NCBI GenBank assembly: GCA_964559835.1
Contig: CAZLJE010000013.1
Coordinates: 54,209 to 118,208, forward strand
Source: an uncultured Terriglobales bacterium
Lineage (GTDB): Bacteria > Acidobacteriota > Terriglobia > Terriglobales > Acidobacteriaceae
Length of the DNA stretch: 64,000 nucleotides
Direction of reading: 5' to 3'
Shown here: positions 54,288-63,112 of the stretch, piece after piece
How the letters are laid out: each line of letters opens with the position of its first letter
Position numbering within the stretch: the stretch's first letter is position 1
Notes under the pieces: generated by a model
Seen by the model: the letters and a program-made list of their open reading frames with translations, nothing else
Databases searched by the model: none
Told to the model about the DNA's origin: nothing
Translations under genes and position numbers: made by a program

Positions 54288-55043
54288 TTAACGATTCAGG
54301 AACTGGAGTACGGCTTGATTCCATTCTTCGAGCTGAGGATTGCGAAAACTTGCATCGCGGACTGTTTGCTCCGCCCGATAGAAGTAGACTGTCCAGATAG
54401 CCGCCGTTATTACGCCCAGGATAGGTTGCGTCGCAGAGTGTAGCTCCGCCACCTCGTTGCCGAAATGTGTCAGTAAGCTCATGCCTGCCAGCGCCGTACT
54501 GCAATAGAAACACGTGCCTACGGCAATGCCGAAAACACATTCGCGCCAACCCAGCGCAAGGGTCTTTGCAAAAATGAACAACAGAACAATGAGCCCGAAC
54601 TCCACGATACGTGCGCTGTAGTTGACCTTCAAAATGCTGCTGTATACCCAGTCTCGGTCCGCCATGGGAGATGCAAGCGCGGTCGAGATCGCCACGACCA
54701 CCAGCAGCATGAAGGCCCACCGAAAGATCATGCTGCTGAGCGTGCGCAGGCCCTCGTACCGATACAGCACGGTTGCATAGATCTCCTGGATGACAAAGAA
54801 CATCAGCGTAATCTGGACTGGGAATTCTAACCAGTAGGTCAAGAAGTACGGCACCGAACGGAATCCGAAATGGTTAAGGACCGCGACCTGGGAGATGCTC
54901 TGACACAGTGTGAATGCCGTGTAGGCGAAGAACATCCGGAACTCGCGGGCGAGACCCTTGTTTTGCATACGAACCAGTATGGCGACCTGGAGACTCCATG
55001 TCACGAAAGCAAGAACGTTAAATAGCGTTGGCTGATTCAGCAT
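54288..55043 (-). CDS. Hypothetical polytopic (about 7-TM) membrane protein
   Basis: Alternating hydrophobic helices throughout. Its stop abuts the next gene's start. Confidence 0.6.
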   Translation of the reverse strand: MLNQPTLFNVLAFVTWSLQVAILVRMQNKGLAREFRMFFAYTAFTLCQSISQVAVLNHFGFRSVPYFLTYWLEFPVQITLMFFVIQEIYATVLYRYEGLRTLSSMIFRWAFMLLVVVAISTALASPMADRDWVYSSILKVNYSARIVEFGLIVLLFIFAKTLALGWRECVFGIAVGTCFYCSTALAGMSLLTHFGNEVAELHSATQPILGVITAAIWTVYFYRAEQTVRDASFRNPQLEEWNQAVLQFLNR

Positions 55044-55090
55044 AGGCTGAGCGGGAAAGCAGAATAACTCTCGTACCGCCAGCCTTCAAG

Positions 55091-55237
55091 CTATTTTACG
55101 GTCGGCTTGCACTGAGGGTCCGTAATGGGATTACAGGTCGGTTGCGGACCGTCGCCGAACGATGCCGTAGTGATCGCGCGGGCGGAAGCGAGCAACATCA
55201 CGATCGTTACGATGGTAAGCAGAAGTCTCTTTTTCAC
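55091..55237 (-). CDS. Unannotated small secreted peptide (48 aa, two Cys in the mature part)
   Basis: GTG 55237 preceded by AGGAGAG. VKKRLLLTIVTIVMLLASARA signal peptide, then ITTASFGDGPQPTCNPITDPQCKPTVK. Below the 60-aa ORF-track cutoff. Confidence 0.5.
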   Translation of the reverse strand: MKKRLLLTIVTIVMLLASARAITTASFGDGPQPTCNPITDPQCKPTVK

Positions 55238-55344
55238 GGTGTCTCTCCTTCTTCTTGCTGTCACACCGTGCTAATCTGCTACCCATTCCGGCCCGGGAAA
55301 CTACACCCTGTGGGTATTCCGGATTCCGGAAATTGGAACAAGCG

Positions 55345-55752
55345 ATGAATTTCTTATCCGCCCGCGAGGATTTGTGCTATCGCACCCTGGGAGTGTTCGA
55401 AGGGGCGTTGGAGAAAGTCGCCTATCTCGCCAGCCTTCGCAATGAACCCGGCGCGTACTGTCACTGGGGCATGAACAAGACTTTCGGTGAGACTCAAGCG
55501 GCGGCCGCGATGGCCGAAGTGCACACCCAGGTTTGGATCGAGGTGTTGCGCACACCTATTCCCGATCTATTGCGCCAGATGAGCCGGATGGAACCGACTA
55601 CTCGGAGGAAGGTGATCGAGGAAGTCAGGAACTATCGAGCTTTGTCCTGTCCCTCGGACCGTTCCGGCGGCGGGATACAGCACTTCAATTCAATTCTTTT
55701 GGCGTTGGAGAGCCTTTGCCGGTCAATGGACGCCACTCGCCCAGCCGCATAG
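55345..55752 (+). CDS. Hypothetical protein
   Basis: Coherent protein-like composition from MNFLSAREDLCYRTLGVFEG. No family recognised. Confidence 0.45.
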   Translation: MNFLSAREDLCYRTLGVFEGALEKVAYLASLRNEPGAYCHWGMNKTFGETQAAAAMAEVHTQVWIEVLRTPIPDLLRQMSRMEPTTRRKVIEEVRNYRALSCPSDRSGGGIQHFNSILLALESLCRSMDATRPAA

Positions 55753-56500
55753 CCAGACCCACTACTTGTCCGATCACTTCCGCCTCGCGCGAATATTTCA
55801 GGATGCGCGGAGCTACCGGCGACAAAGGATGCGGTTGCAGAACCAGCTGGTCGTCCTTCAAGGAACACCAGGAGCAGATGTGTCCCTCCCGCGTCTCGAC
55901 AAAGTAGATGGGCCGTTCGTACTCCGATCGCCACGCTTTTTCGATGATCTTGTTCCTGTGCTCGTCTACCTGGATGAAAGACCCGGGTACGATCAACGGG
56001 TACATCGTGAAGTCTTCCGTGCCGATGTATCCATACGTGAATTCCGAGTCTGCCATCCGTTCTAGAAAGGCGAACGGGAGCGCGCCCCATTTCTCGATCA
56101 AACGGCCCAGGTCCGAAGTCTTCGCCAGCTTGAACGCGGGGTCCATCTTTACCGGCATCTCGACCGCCCGCAGCGCCAGCTTCGCCGGAACGATGCGCGT
56201 TTTCGGCCGCGGCAGCACGTCGTTTTCGAAGGCGGCATTGTCCGGGTCCACCCCGTAGAGCGCCACCAGTTCGTAAAAGCTCACGCCGTAGATGGCGGCC
56301 ATGGAGTACAGTTTAAAGATGTTCGGAACTATTCCCTTGGTCTCGAAGTCCGACAGCCGGGCCACCGGGATAAAGAAGTCTTCATTGTCGTACTTGGTGG
56401 CCAGGCGCAAACTCGCCGCCTCGACTTCGCGCAGATTGAGGTTGTTCTGCTCGCGCAGAGTGCGCAGTCGGTGGCCGGTGGCAAGCCGTGGCTGTTCCAT
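55685..56500 (-). CDS. XRE-family HTH regulator with C-terminal CI/LexA-like beta domain
   Basis: GHRLRTLREQNNLNLREVEAAS..SDFETKG HTH_3-like N-terminus. C-terminal PLIVPGSFIQVDEH..IYFVETREGHICSW. Confidence 0.65.
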   Translation of the reverse strand: MEQPRLATGHRLRTLREQNNLNLREVEAASLRLATKYDNEDFFIPVARLSDFETKGIVPNIFKLYSMAAIYGVSFYELVALYGVDPDNAAFENDVLPRPKTRIVPAKLALRAVEMPVKMDPAFKLAKTSDLGRLIEKWGALPFAFLERMADSEFTYGYIGTEDFTMYPLIVPGSFIQVDEHRNKIIEKAWRSEYERPIYFVETREGHICSWCSLKDDQLVLQPHPLSPVAPRILKYSREAEVIGQVVGLAMRLGEWRPLTGKGSPTPKELN

Positions 56501-56580
56501 GTGTTGCGCCGATTGTATTCAGGGAATCGCAAAAAGAGAAGAGTCGCCAATCCCGCCATGCTAAAGCTGGTGTGCTCGGC

Positions 56581-56669
56581 GAATGAAGAGGTAAGAACTC
56601 AGGAGGAAGAACGACCCGACTCCACGCTTCGTTTTTCATTCTTCATTCTGACTTCTTCATTCTTCATTT
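56581..56669. repeat. Inverted array of degenerate heptads (GAATGAA-type x5 / TTCATTC-type x5), AT-rich
   Basis: gaatgaa gaggtaa gaactca ggaggaa gaacgac ...spacer... ttcattc ttcattc tgacttc ttcattc ttcattt. The 13-mer TTCATTCTTCATT occurs at 56635 and 56656. Confidence 0.65.
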
Positions 56670-56706
56670 TTAATACTCATGGACTTAGACAGCTACATAG
56701 GATTTA

Positions 56707-56970
56707 ATGGTTGGGCTGTTTCACTTGCGTACTAACTTGCGAACGGAGACTATTGTGACCATCGACAAAATCATTTCGGAGCTACGAGCAGAACGTGACC
56801 GGTTAGACCAGGCAATCTCAGCACTGGAGGGACAGGGCGGCCGAGGGCGAAGAGGTCCGCATGTGGGTGGTCCGCGCCGCCGGCGCCGGATGTCTCCCGA
56901 CGCCCGCCGCCGCATTTCGGAAATGATGAAGAAACGCTGGGCGGAACGGAAACGCAAGAAATCGGCGTAG
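56707..56970 (+). CDS. Small, highly basic hypothetical protein
   Basis: Coiled N-terminus (IISELRAERDRLDQAISALEG), then an Arg/Lys-rich tail. Followed by a clean terminator. Alternative GTG start 56755. Confidence 0.5.
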   Translation: MVGLFHLRTNLRTETIVTIDKIISELRAERDRLDQAISALEGQGGRGRRGPHVGGPRRRRRMSPDARRRISEMMKKRWAERKRKKSA

Positions 56971-57000
56971 ACTTCCCTCCGCTTTGCGAAACAGAACCAG

Positions 57001-57030
57001 GACCCCGGTTGCGCGCGGGGTCTTTCTTCT
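57001..57030 (+). terminator. Rho-independent terminator
   Basis: GACCCCG-N8-CGGGGTC followed by TTTCTTCT. Confidence 0.8.
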
Positions 57031-57077
57031 ACTGGTCGCGAAATGTGCGTGCATCGCATCACTTCGCACCCGATCGT

Positions 57078-57159
57078 AGGTCGTGCGTCGTAGGTCGCAA
57101 GTGCAGCGTCGTTTTTCACGTTTCCGACCTACGACCTACCGCCTACGACTTACGCGCGC
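57078..57159. repeat. Inverted array of degenerate heptads (AGGTCGT-type x5 / ACGACCT-type x5)
   Basis: aggtcgt gcgtcgt aggtcgc aagtgca gcgtcgt - ttttcacgtttc - cgaccta cgaccta ccgccta cgactta cgcgcgc. Perfect 10-bp core 57088-57097 / 57125-57134. Confidence 0.65.
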
Positions 57160-57177
57160 GTGCATCCAATCCGACTT

Positions 57178-58494
57178 ATGAAAAAGCGCCTTCGCACTCC
57201 ATTCATGTCTCTGGTTGTGTTCTTCGCAGTAGCCACAGCCTTCGCACAGCAATCCAATTCCGGCGGTGCCTCTGTCAGCTATGACCAGCAGCAGCCCGGC
57301 CGTACGCACCACATCACGGTGGCCGACCTTCCTGCGCCGTACGCTACGCCTTCCGTCGACAACGGTTCGCGCGTGGTCCCCCGTCCCGCGGATGCTTGGC
57401 CCAAGGCGCCCGCTGGTTTCAAAGTCCAGCTATACGCGGACGGCTTGGTTAATCCCCGCCTCATTCGCACCGCTCCCAACGGTGACGTCTTTCTCGCCGA
57501 GAGCCGCAGCGGCGAGATCAAGGTGTTCCGCGGCATTACGCCCGACGGCAGGGCCCAGCAAACTTCCGTATTCGCGACCGGACTCGATCAGCCGTTCGGC
57601 ATCGCCTTTTATCCGCCCGGCCCGAACCCGCAATGGGTCTACGTCGGAAACACAGGTTCGGTCGTGCGTTTTCCGTACGCGAATGGCGACCTGAAGGCGC
57701 GCGGCGCCGAGCAGCACATTGCCGATCTGCCCGGCGGTGGACGCCTGCGCGGCGGCGGCCATTGGACCCGCGATATCGCATTCTCGCTCGACGGCAAGAA
57801 GATGTTCGTCTCCGTCGGATCGCATTCCAACGTCGACGATACCGACAATAACCCGTCCGAATTCCACCGCGCCGACGTTCTCGAATTCACGCCCGACGGA
57901 AAGAACGAACGCGTCTACGCCTCCGGCATCCGCAATTGCGTCGGCATTGCCGTACATCCGAAGACGGGCGAAGTGTGGTGCTCGGTCAACGAGCGCGACG
58001 AACTTGGCAACAACCTCGTGCCCGACTACATCACCCATGTCAGCGACGGCGGCTTCTACGGCTGGCCCTGGTACTACATCGGCGGCCACCAGGACCCGAG
58101 GCACAAGGGGAAGCACCCCGAGTTGAAAGACAAGGTCATCGTTCCCGACGTCCTGTTGCAGTCGCATTACGCGTCGTTAGAGATGACCTTTTATAACGGC
58201 TCGCAGTTCCCGAAGGAGTACTCGGGGAACATCTTCGCCGCCGAGCACGGATCCTGGAACCGCAGCCCCATCACCGGCTACGAGGTCATTCGCGTCCGGC
58301 TCGATGCCGCGGGCCGCGCCAACGGTGAGTACGAGGACTTTCTCACCGGGTTCGTCACCCCGGACGGAAAGGTCTGGGGACGCCCGGTCGGCGTCACGGT
58401 CGCGAAAGACGGCTCGCTGCTCGTCTCCGACGATGGTTCACGATCGATCTGGAGGGTGAGCTACGCGGGAACTCCGGCGCCGGATAAGCGGTAA
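57178..58494 (+). CDS. PQQ-dependent sugar (glucose/sorbosone) dehydrogenase, beta-propeller
   Basis: Signal peptide. GIRNCVGIAVHPKTGEVWCSVNERDELG..PDYITHV..GGFYGWPWYY. Confidence 0.8.
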   Translation: MKKRLRTPFMSLVVFFAVATAFAQQSNSGGASVSYDQQQPGRTHHITVADLPAPYATPSVDNGSRVVPRPADAWPKAPAGFKVQLYADGLVNPRLIRTAPNGDVFLAESRSGEIKVFRGITPDGRAQQTSVFATGLDQPFGIAFYPPGPNPQWVYVGNTGSVVRFPYANGDLKARGAEQHIADLPGGGRLRGGGHWTRDIAFSLDGKKMFVSVGSHSNVDDTDNNPSEFHRADVLEFTPDGKNERVYASGIRNCVGIAVHPKTGEVWCSVNERDELGNNLVPDYITHVSDGGFYGWPWYYIGGHQDPRHKGKHPELKDKVIVPDVLLQSHYASLEMTFYNGSQFPKEYSGNIFAAEHGSWNRSPITGYEVIRVRLDAAGRANGEYEDFLTGFVTPDGKVWGRPVGVTVAKDGSLLVSDDGSRSIWRVSYAGTPAPDKR

Positions 58495-58552
58495 GAGCGG
58501 GGTCGCTGTTTGCCCCGCCGCCCGCCGCCGGGGCTTATAATGCTCTCCAGCG

Positions 58553-59101
58553 ATGGACCCGCAGCAATACGCTATCGTCGCTTACCTTCGCGACCCGGCT
58601 GGACAATTTGTCGAGGCCCTGCGCGCCGAGATGCATCCCAAGCATGCGCATCTGCCCGCGCACATCAGCATTCTTCCGCCGCGCCCGTTGCGCGGAACCG
58701 AAGCGGAAGCGCTCGAAGCCCTGGAATACGTCTGCCAAAGCATCGAGCCGTTTGAGATCACGCTCGGCGAAGTAGCCACCTTCCTGCCTACGACGCCAAC
58801 AGTATTCATTCGGGTCGCGCATGCCGCGTACCGGATGCGCGAGCTACACGACCGCTTGAACATCGGCCCGTTGCACGCGGACGAGCCTTGGCCGTACATG
58901 CCTCACCTGACCATCGCCAAGATGGATAGTTCCGAGCAGGCGATGAAAGTGTACGAGGAAGCGCGCCGCCGATGGCAGGACTGCCCGTGCACCCGTCGCG
59001 TCCTGATCGACCAGCTCACGTTTGTGCGTCAGGCCGGGACCGATCGCTGGGACGACATCGCACCGGTTCCGCTGGGCCGCCGCCTCGCCCCAACGCCTTA
59101 G
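58553..59101 (+). CDS. 2H phosphoesterase superfamily protein (LigT / 2'-5' RNA ligase-like)
   Basis: Two HxS/Tx motifs: PAHISILPP and MPHLTIAK. Confidence 0.7.
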   Translation: MDPQQYAIVAYLRDPAGQFVEALRAEMHPKHAHLPAHISILPPRPLRGTEAEALEALEYVCQSIEPFEITLGEVATFLPTTPTVFIRVAHAAYRMRELHDRLNIGPLHADEPWPYMPHLTIAKMDSSEQAMKVYEEARRRWQDCPCTRRVLIDQLTFVRQAGTDRWDDIAPVPLGRRLAPTP

Positions 59102-59174
59102 AGCAGCGCTCCTACTGTATAATCGAAGCTTCGGGCCCCGGCCGAACGCCGGTTTTGCGTTCGACTGGGCAGGT

Positions 59175-59250
59175 GGTGCCCGTAGTTCAGCGGTAGAACC
59201 CCGGACTGTGGCTCCGGTTGTCGTGAGTTCGAATCTCACCGGGCACCCCA
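59175..59250 (+). tRNA. tRNA-His (GTG), with encoded G-1 and 3' CCA
   Basis: Manual cloverleaf: G-1 + GTGCCCG acceptor / CGGGCAC; D stem GTTC/GAAC; anticodon arm CCGGA-CTGTGGC-TCCGG; T arm GTGAG-TTCGAAT-CTCAC; discriminator C; CCA. Confidence 0.92.
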
Positions 59251-59260
59251 AAGCAATCCC

Positions 59261-59289
59261 AGCCTCCCGCGCGGAGGCTTTCGTTTTTG
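59261..59289. terminator. Bidirectional terminator between tRNA-His and the convergent BON gene
   Basis: AGCCTCC-CGCGC-GGAGGCT followed by TTCGTTTTTG. Confidence 0.75.
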
Positions 59290-59293
59290 CGCC

Positions 59294-59674
59294 TCAGTAC
59301 TTTTCTTTCACACGGACGTTGTCCACGATCTTTCGCGGTCCCGCATACGACTCCGCGATGCGGCGCACTGCCGTGTGTTGCGACTCGTCAGCCACCGTTC
59401 CGGTCAGTACGACCGTCGAATTGGTGACCTTCGCCTTCAGGGCTGCGTCGGCCAGCCCCGGTTCGTTGTCCATCTTGTCCTGGATCTGCTGTTGGATCTC
59501 CGCCGTCGACGGCGCCTTGGCCCGAGTATCGGGCGGCATCGCCCGGCCGACATCCTTATCCGGCTGCGGAAAGGTTGGGGGCGTCGCAGTCGGCGGCCCC
59601 TGCGGCGTGCTCTGTTGCTGGCCGGCCGCGGTCAACGCAAACGCAATCAAAAGTCCTGCCCATAGGAGTTTCAT
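59294..59674 (-). CDS. BON-domain periplasmic protein
   Basis: Signal peptide. KVTNSTVVLTGTVADESQHTAVRRIAESYAGPRKIVDNVRV. Confidence 0.75.
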   Translation of the reverse strand: MKLLWAGLLIAFALTAAGQQQSTPQGPPTATPPTFPQPDKDVGRAMPPDTRAKAPSTAEIQQQIQDKMDNEPGLADAALKAKVTNSTVVLTGTVADESQHTAVRRIAESYAGPRKIVDNVRVKEKY

Positions 59675-59778
59675 ACCTGTGCCCTCTCCTATGTGCGATG
59701 CCTCCGTTCGAGAGCTGGGTACCGGATTCCCACCTCAATTCGAGAGTACCTGGCGTGCTGAGTACCGAGTTGTGGGAC

Positions 59779-60792
59779 CTATTGGCCGCTGCCCATGTAC
59801 CCTCTGCGCCAGTAGAGTTGAAGGGGCGCCTCTTTGTCGCGGGGCGTAACCTGCACTTTGATCTTCCTCCATCCCGATCCCTGCCCGCTCTCGGGCGCGT
59901 AACCCAATACGTACTGGTTGCGCAGTTCCGTACTGATGGATCCGGCAGCGTTCGGAAGCTCGCGAGGATTGTTGACCGTCACCGTGTGACCGCCGGTCGC
60001 TTCGGTGATCTGCGTCAGCAGGCGTTTCCCCGACCACTCCTCCGGCGAGTGGAAGATCTTGCTGTAAATGCCGATACCATAGATCTGGACGTCGCTCTCC
60101 ATCACCATGTGCTTTAATTCGGCGGACGTGAACCGGCTGTGATTGTCGCCGCCGTCCGAGATCACGAGCAAAGCCTTGCGGTGATATCGCGCCGATCGCA
60201 ATTTGTGCATTCCCATGTAGATCGCGTCCAACAGCGCCGTGTGGCCGAAGGGTTTGACATCGGCGAGCTTGGCTCGGATGGTGCCCACCGATGTAGTCGC
60301 GTCCGCCAGGACATCGGGACGGTCCGAGAATGTGATCACGAAATAGTCGTCGGCTGGATTTGCGTTCTCAAAGAATTCCCCAAGCGCGGCGCGGGCCAGG
60401 TCGATCTTGTCCGTCATGCTCCGGCTGACATCGAGCAGCACGCCGATCGACAGCGGCGCGTCTTCCGAGGAGAAATACCGGATGTCGCGCACCGAGTCGC
60501 CTTCGAGCAGCTTGAAGTCCTCTTTGCCAAGTCCCAGCACCGGGCGGTTCATTGAGTCCGTGACCGTTACCGGCACCAGCACGATGTCCACGTTCACCCG
60601 CAGGGGCGCAACGTGAAGCGAAAGCTGGTCGGGTGCATGTGAATCCGGGCTCCGGGCCGCGCTCGTAGTTTGACGCGGCTCCACGTGAACATCCTGGGCA
60701 AGCGCCTGGCAGGGACAAAAGGCCAGCACGCCGGCGATCAGAAAGGGAAGCGTGTCCCCGATGTGACGGGGACTGAAAACGGGAGCTGCCAT
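59779..60792 (-). CDS. VWFA-related domain protein (acidobacterial type)
   Basis: VDIVLVPVTVTDSMNRPVLGLGKEDFKLLEGD..FSSEDAPLSIGVLLDVSRSM (MIDAS DxSxS). Confidence 0.8.
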   Translation of the reverse strand: MAAPVFSPRHIGDTLPFLIAGVLAFCPCQALAQDVHVEPRQTTSAARSPDSHAPDQLSLHVAPLRVNVDIVLVPVTVTDSMNRPVLGLGKEDFKLLEGDSVRDIRYFSSEDAPLSIGVLLDVSRSMTDKIDLARAALGEFFENANPADDYFVITFSDRPDVLADATTSVGTIRAKLADVKPFGHTALLDAIYMGMHKLRSARYHRKALLVISDGGDNHSRFTSAELKHMVMESDVQIYGIGIYSKIFHSPEEWSGKRLLTQITEATGGHTVTVNNPRELPNAAGSISTELRNQYVLGYAPESGQGSGWRKIKVQVTPRDKEAPLQLYWRRGYMGSGQ

Positions 60793-60948
60793 GGATACAG
60801 CCGCGGATCAACCGCGTGCGCGGGATGGTATCACAGCCTGCAGCTCCGCATGCGACCTAACGAATTACGAGCGCGCGGCTCGAAAGCGGCTTGCATCCAC
60901 CGTTTCGAGCCGGCATGCTCGTCAGTCCTCAGGCCCTAACCCGCACGG

Positions 60949-61578
60949 CTACCAGCGAAACTGCGGGCCGAAGCGGACAGTCAGGTTGTGCTGCACGCCG
61001 CCGCCGAAAGTCGTGCCGGCGTTGTCAGTGAACTTACCCTGCCAGTACATCGTGTCACCGGCCTCGGCGCGGATGCCGAACTTTTTGGCGAAGAACCATT
61101 CGATGCCGCCCGACGGGAACAGCGAGAAGTGTGTATCGCCGCTGGGTACATTCGAGACAGCGTTAGCGAACCCCGTTGCTACACCATTGTTCGTGAGTCC
61201 GAAGTTTTCAAAGCCCGGCTTAATCGCGATAAAGGCCTTGAAGGGGCCGACGCCCGTCTGGAACTTCGGACCGAAGTAGCCGTTCAGAATCCGGAATTTC
61301 GTGTTTTGGAAGCTACCGGTCGTACCCAAGGTGGTGCTCCCGGCGGTCACGAAATTGCGTTCGAAGTTATACGCCATCGTGCCTTCGAGCTGCACGTGCT
61401 TCCCGAGGTTGAAGCCTAATATGGCACCGGCGCCCCAGAAGTTTTGGTTGTTCAGATTGTGGAATCGGGTGTAATCGGCGAAGACGCCGAACTCACCATG
61501 CTCTTCCTGCGCCATCACGGCTGGTGCTAGCAGCGCCAAGGCCAGTATTGCGATTGCACCTCTCGCGATCCATTTCAT
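60949..61578 (-). CDS. Outer-membrane beta-barrel protein (OmpA-like barrel/OmpW-like size)
   Basis: Signal peptide MKWIARGAIAILALALLAPAVMAQ, alternating beta-strand pattern, terminal FGPQFRW. Confidence 0.7.
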   Translation of the reverse strand: MKWIARGAIAILALALLAPAVMAQEEHGEFGVFADYTRFHNLNNQNFWGAGAILGFNLGKHVQLEGTMAYNFERNFVTAGSTTLGTTGSFQNTKFRILNGYFGPKFQTGVGPFKAFIAIKPGFENFGLTNNGVATGFANAVSNVPSGDTHFSLFPSGGIEWFFAKKFGIRAEAGDTMYWQGKFTDNAGTTFGGGVQHNLTVRFGPQFRW

Positions 61579-61788
61579 CCTAGTCTCTCCCATCGTCTGG
61601 TTTTTGCAGTCACGCGGTTAGCGCTCTCGGGCGCTATCGCCTGAGGCCAGCTTGACTGAGGGGAACTGTTGCTAGGTCGGATGCCCGCAGGGTAGCGCGG
61701 GTGCGCTGGAATCGAGAGTTGCTGGCGCGTTGTGCCGCTTCTTCTGTGAGACAACCCTTTAACTCTACGGTTGCGCTACGATAGTGCC

Positions 61789-62538
61789 ATGCGACGCCTT
61801 CTCCTCGTTCCCGCAGTTTTCCTTTTCTTCGCCATCGCCGGTCTAGGTCAGGATAAGACCGACGCATCCCGCCAGTCCTTCCACATCACCCCGCTCAAAC
61901 CGGTCGAGGAACTCCGGCGCGAGGCCCTCCAGGCGCAACCTCCCGCCGAACAGGGGAAGAAGAAGTCGGAGCTGGTGGAAGTGACGAAGCTGGATCCGTC
62001 GATCAAGCTCGACATCCGCTATGCGTCCGACAACAATTTCATGGCGACGCCGTTCTATTCGCAGGCGCGCGCCTTCCTGCAACGTCCGGCAGCGCTGTCT
62101 TTGGCCACCGTGGACCGCGAGCTGCACAAGCGCGGCTACGGCATCCTCATCCACGACGCCTACCGCCCGTGGTATGTCACCAAGATGTTCTGGGACGCCA
62201 CCCCGGATGATAAGAAGAAGTTCGTCGCCGATCCGTCGAAGGGTTCCATGCATAACCGCGGCTGCGCGGCCGACGTATCGCTCTACGATACGAAGACGGG
62301 TAAGGAACTTCCCATGCCCAGCGGGTACGACGAGATGTCCGACCGCGCTTACCCGAGTTATTCCGGAGGCTCCGCCGACGAGCGCGCCCGGCGCGACCTG
62401 CTACGCGAAATGATGGAGAAGAACAACTTCACCGTTTACGAATTCGAATGGTGGCACTTCGATTACAAGGATTGCACGAGCTGGCCCATCGGCAACGTGC
62501 CCTTCGAGAAGCTGAACACTACTTCCGCCGCACGCTGA
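61789..62538 (+). CDS. ddpX: D-alanyl-D-alanine dipeptidase (VanX/DdpX, peptidase M15D), with signal peptide
   Basis: IHDAYRPW, SMHNRGCAADVSLYD and EWWHFDY motifs. Confidence 0.88.
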   Translation: MRRLLLVPAVFLFFAIAGLGQDKTDASRQSFHITPLKPVEELRREALQAQPPAEQGKKKSELVEVTKLDPSIKLDIRYASDNNFMATPFYSQARAFLQRPAALSLATVDRELHKRGYGILIHDAYRPWYVTKMFWDATPDDKKKFVADPSKGSMHNRGCAADVSLYDTKTGKELPMPSGYDEMSDRAYPSYSGGSADERARRDLLREMMEKNNFTVYEFEWWHFDYKDCTSWPIGNVPFEKLNTTSAAR

Positions 62539-63112
62539 CGATCGCCACCGGGGGTATCAGTTCCTCGCCTTTTGCAGGTCCCATATGGATCGCGCGCACT
62601 ACCTCCATCCCGCGCACGACGCGCCCAAACGCCGCAAACCCTTGCTTGTCGGCATTGCGCGCGCCGCCGTAGTCGAGCTCGGGCTGGTCGCCGATGCAGA
62701 CGAAGAAGCTCGATGTCGCGGTATCCGGACCATCCCGCGCCATCGAGATCTCGCCGTCCTTATGCTTAAGTCCGGTCTGGTTCGTCCGCTCCAGTGGGAT
62801 GGCGGCGAAGACCTGTCTCTGCTTTTCTTGCGAGCCGTCGCCCTGGATGACTGCGATCGGTACCTTCTTCTCTTTCTGGTTATCCGGCCGGACTGTGCGG
62901 TAGAACGACCCGCCATCGTAGAACTTCGAGTCCACGTAACGCAGAAAATTCGCTGCCGTCACCGGCGCGTGCTGCGTGTCGACTTCGATCTCGATCTCGC
63001 CCTTGTCAGTCTGAATGACAACATGCGACCTCTTCGCACTCTGACCGCTTGCTATCGCAGCAATCACGAGAATCAGAAACGCCGCGATAATCTGTTTTCT
63101 CATAAATGGCAA
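62519..63112 (-). CDS. Cyclophilin-type peptidyl-prolyl cis-trans isomerase, secreted
   Basis: FYRTV..GEISMARDGPDTATSSFFVCIGDQPELD..FAAFGRVVRGMEVV. Confidence 0.88.
   Translation of the reverse strand: MPFMRKQIIAAFLILVIAAIASGQSAKRSHVVIQTDKGEIEIEVDTQHAPVTAANFLRYVDSKFYDGGSFYRTVRPDNQKEKKVPIAVIQGDGSQEKQRQVFAAIPLERTNQTGLKHKDGEISMARDGPDTATSSFFVCIGDQPELDYGGARNADKQGFAAFGRVVRGMEVVRAIHMGPAKGEELIPPVAIVSVRRK

Noticed and set aside
58497-58518. GCGGGG-N10-CCCCGC hairpin after the PQQ dehydrogenase gene as a terminator.
   Set aside because: Short stem and no U-tract. It is too weak to list as a feature.
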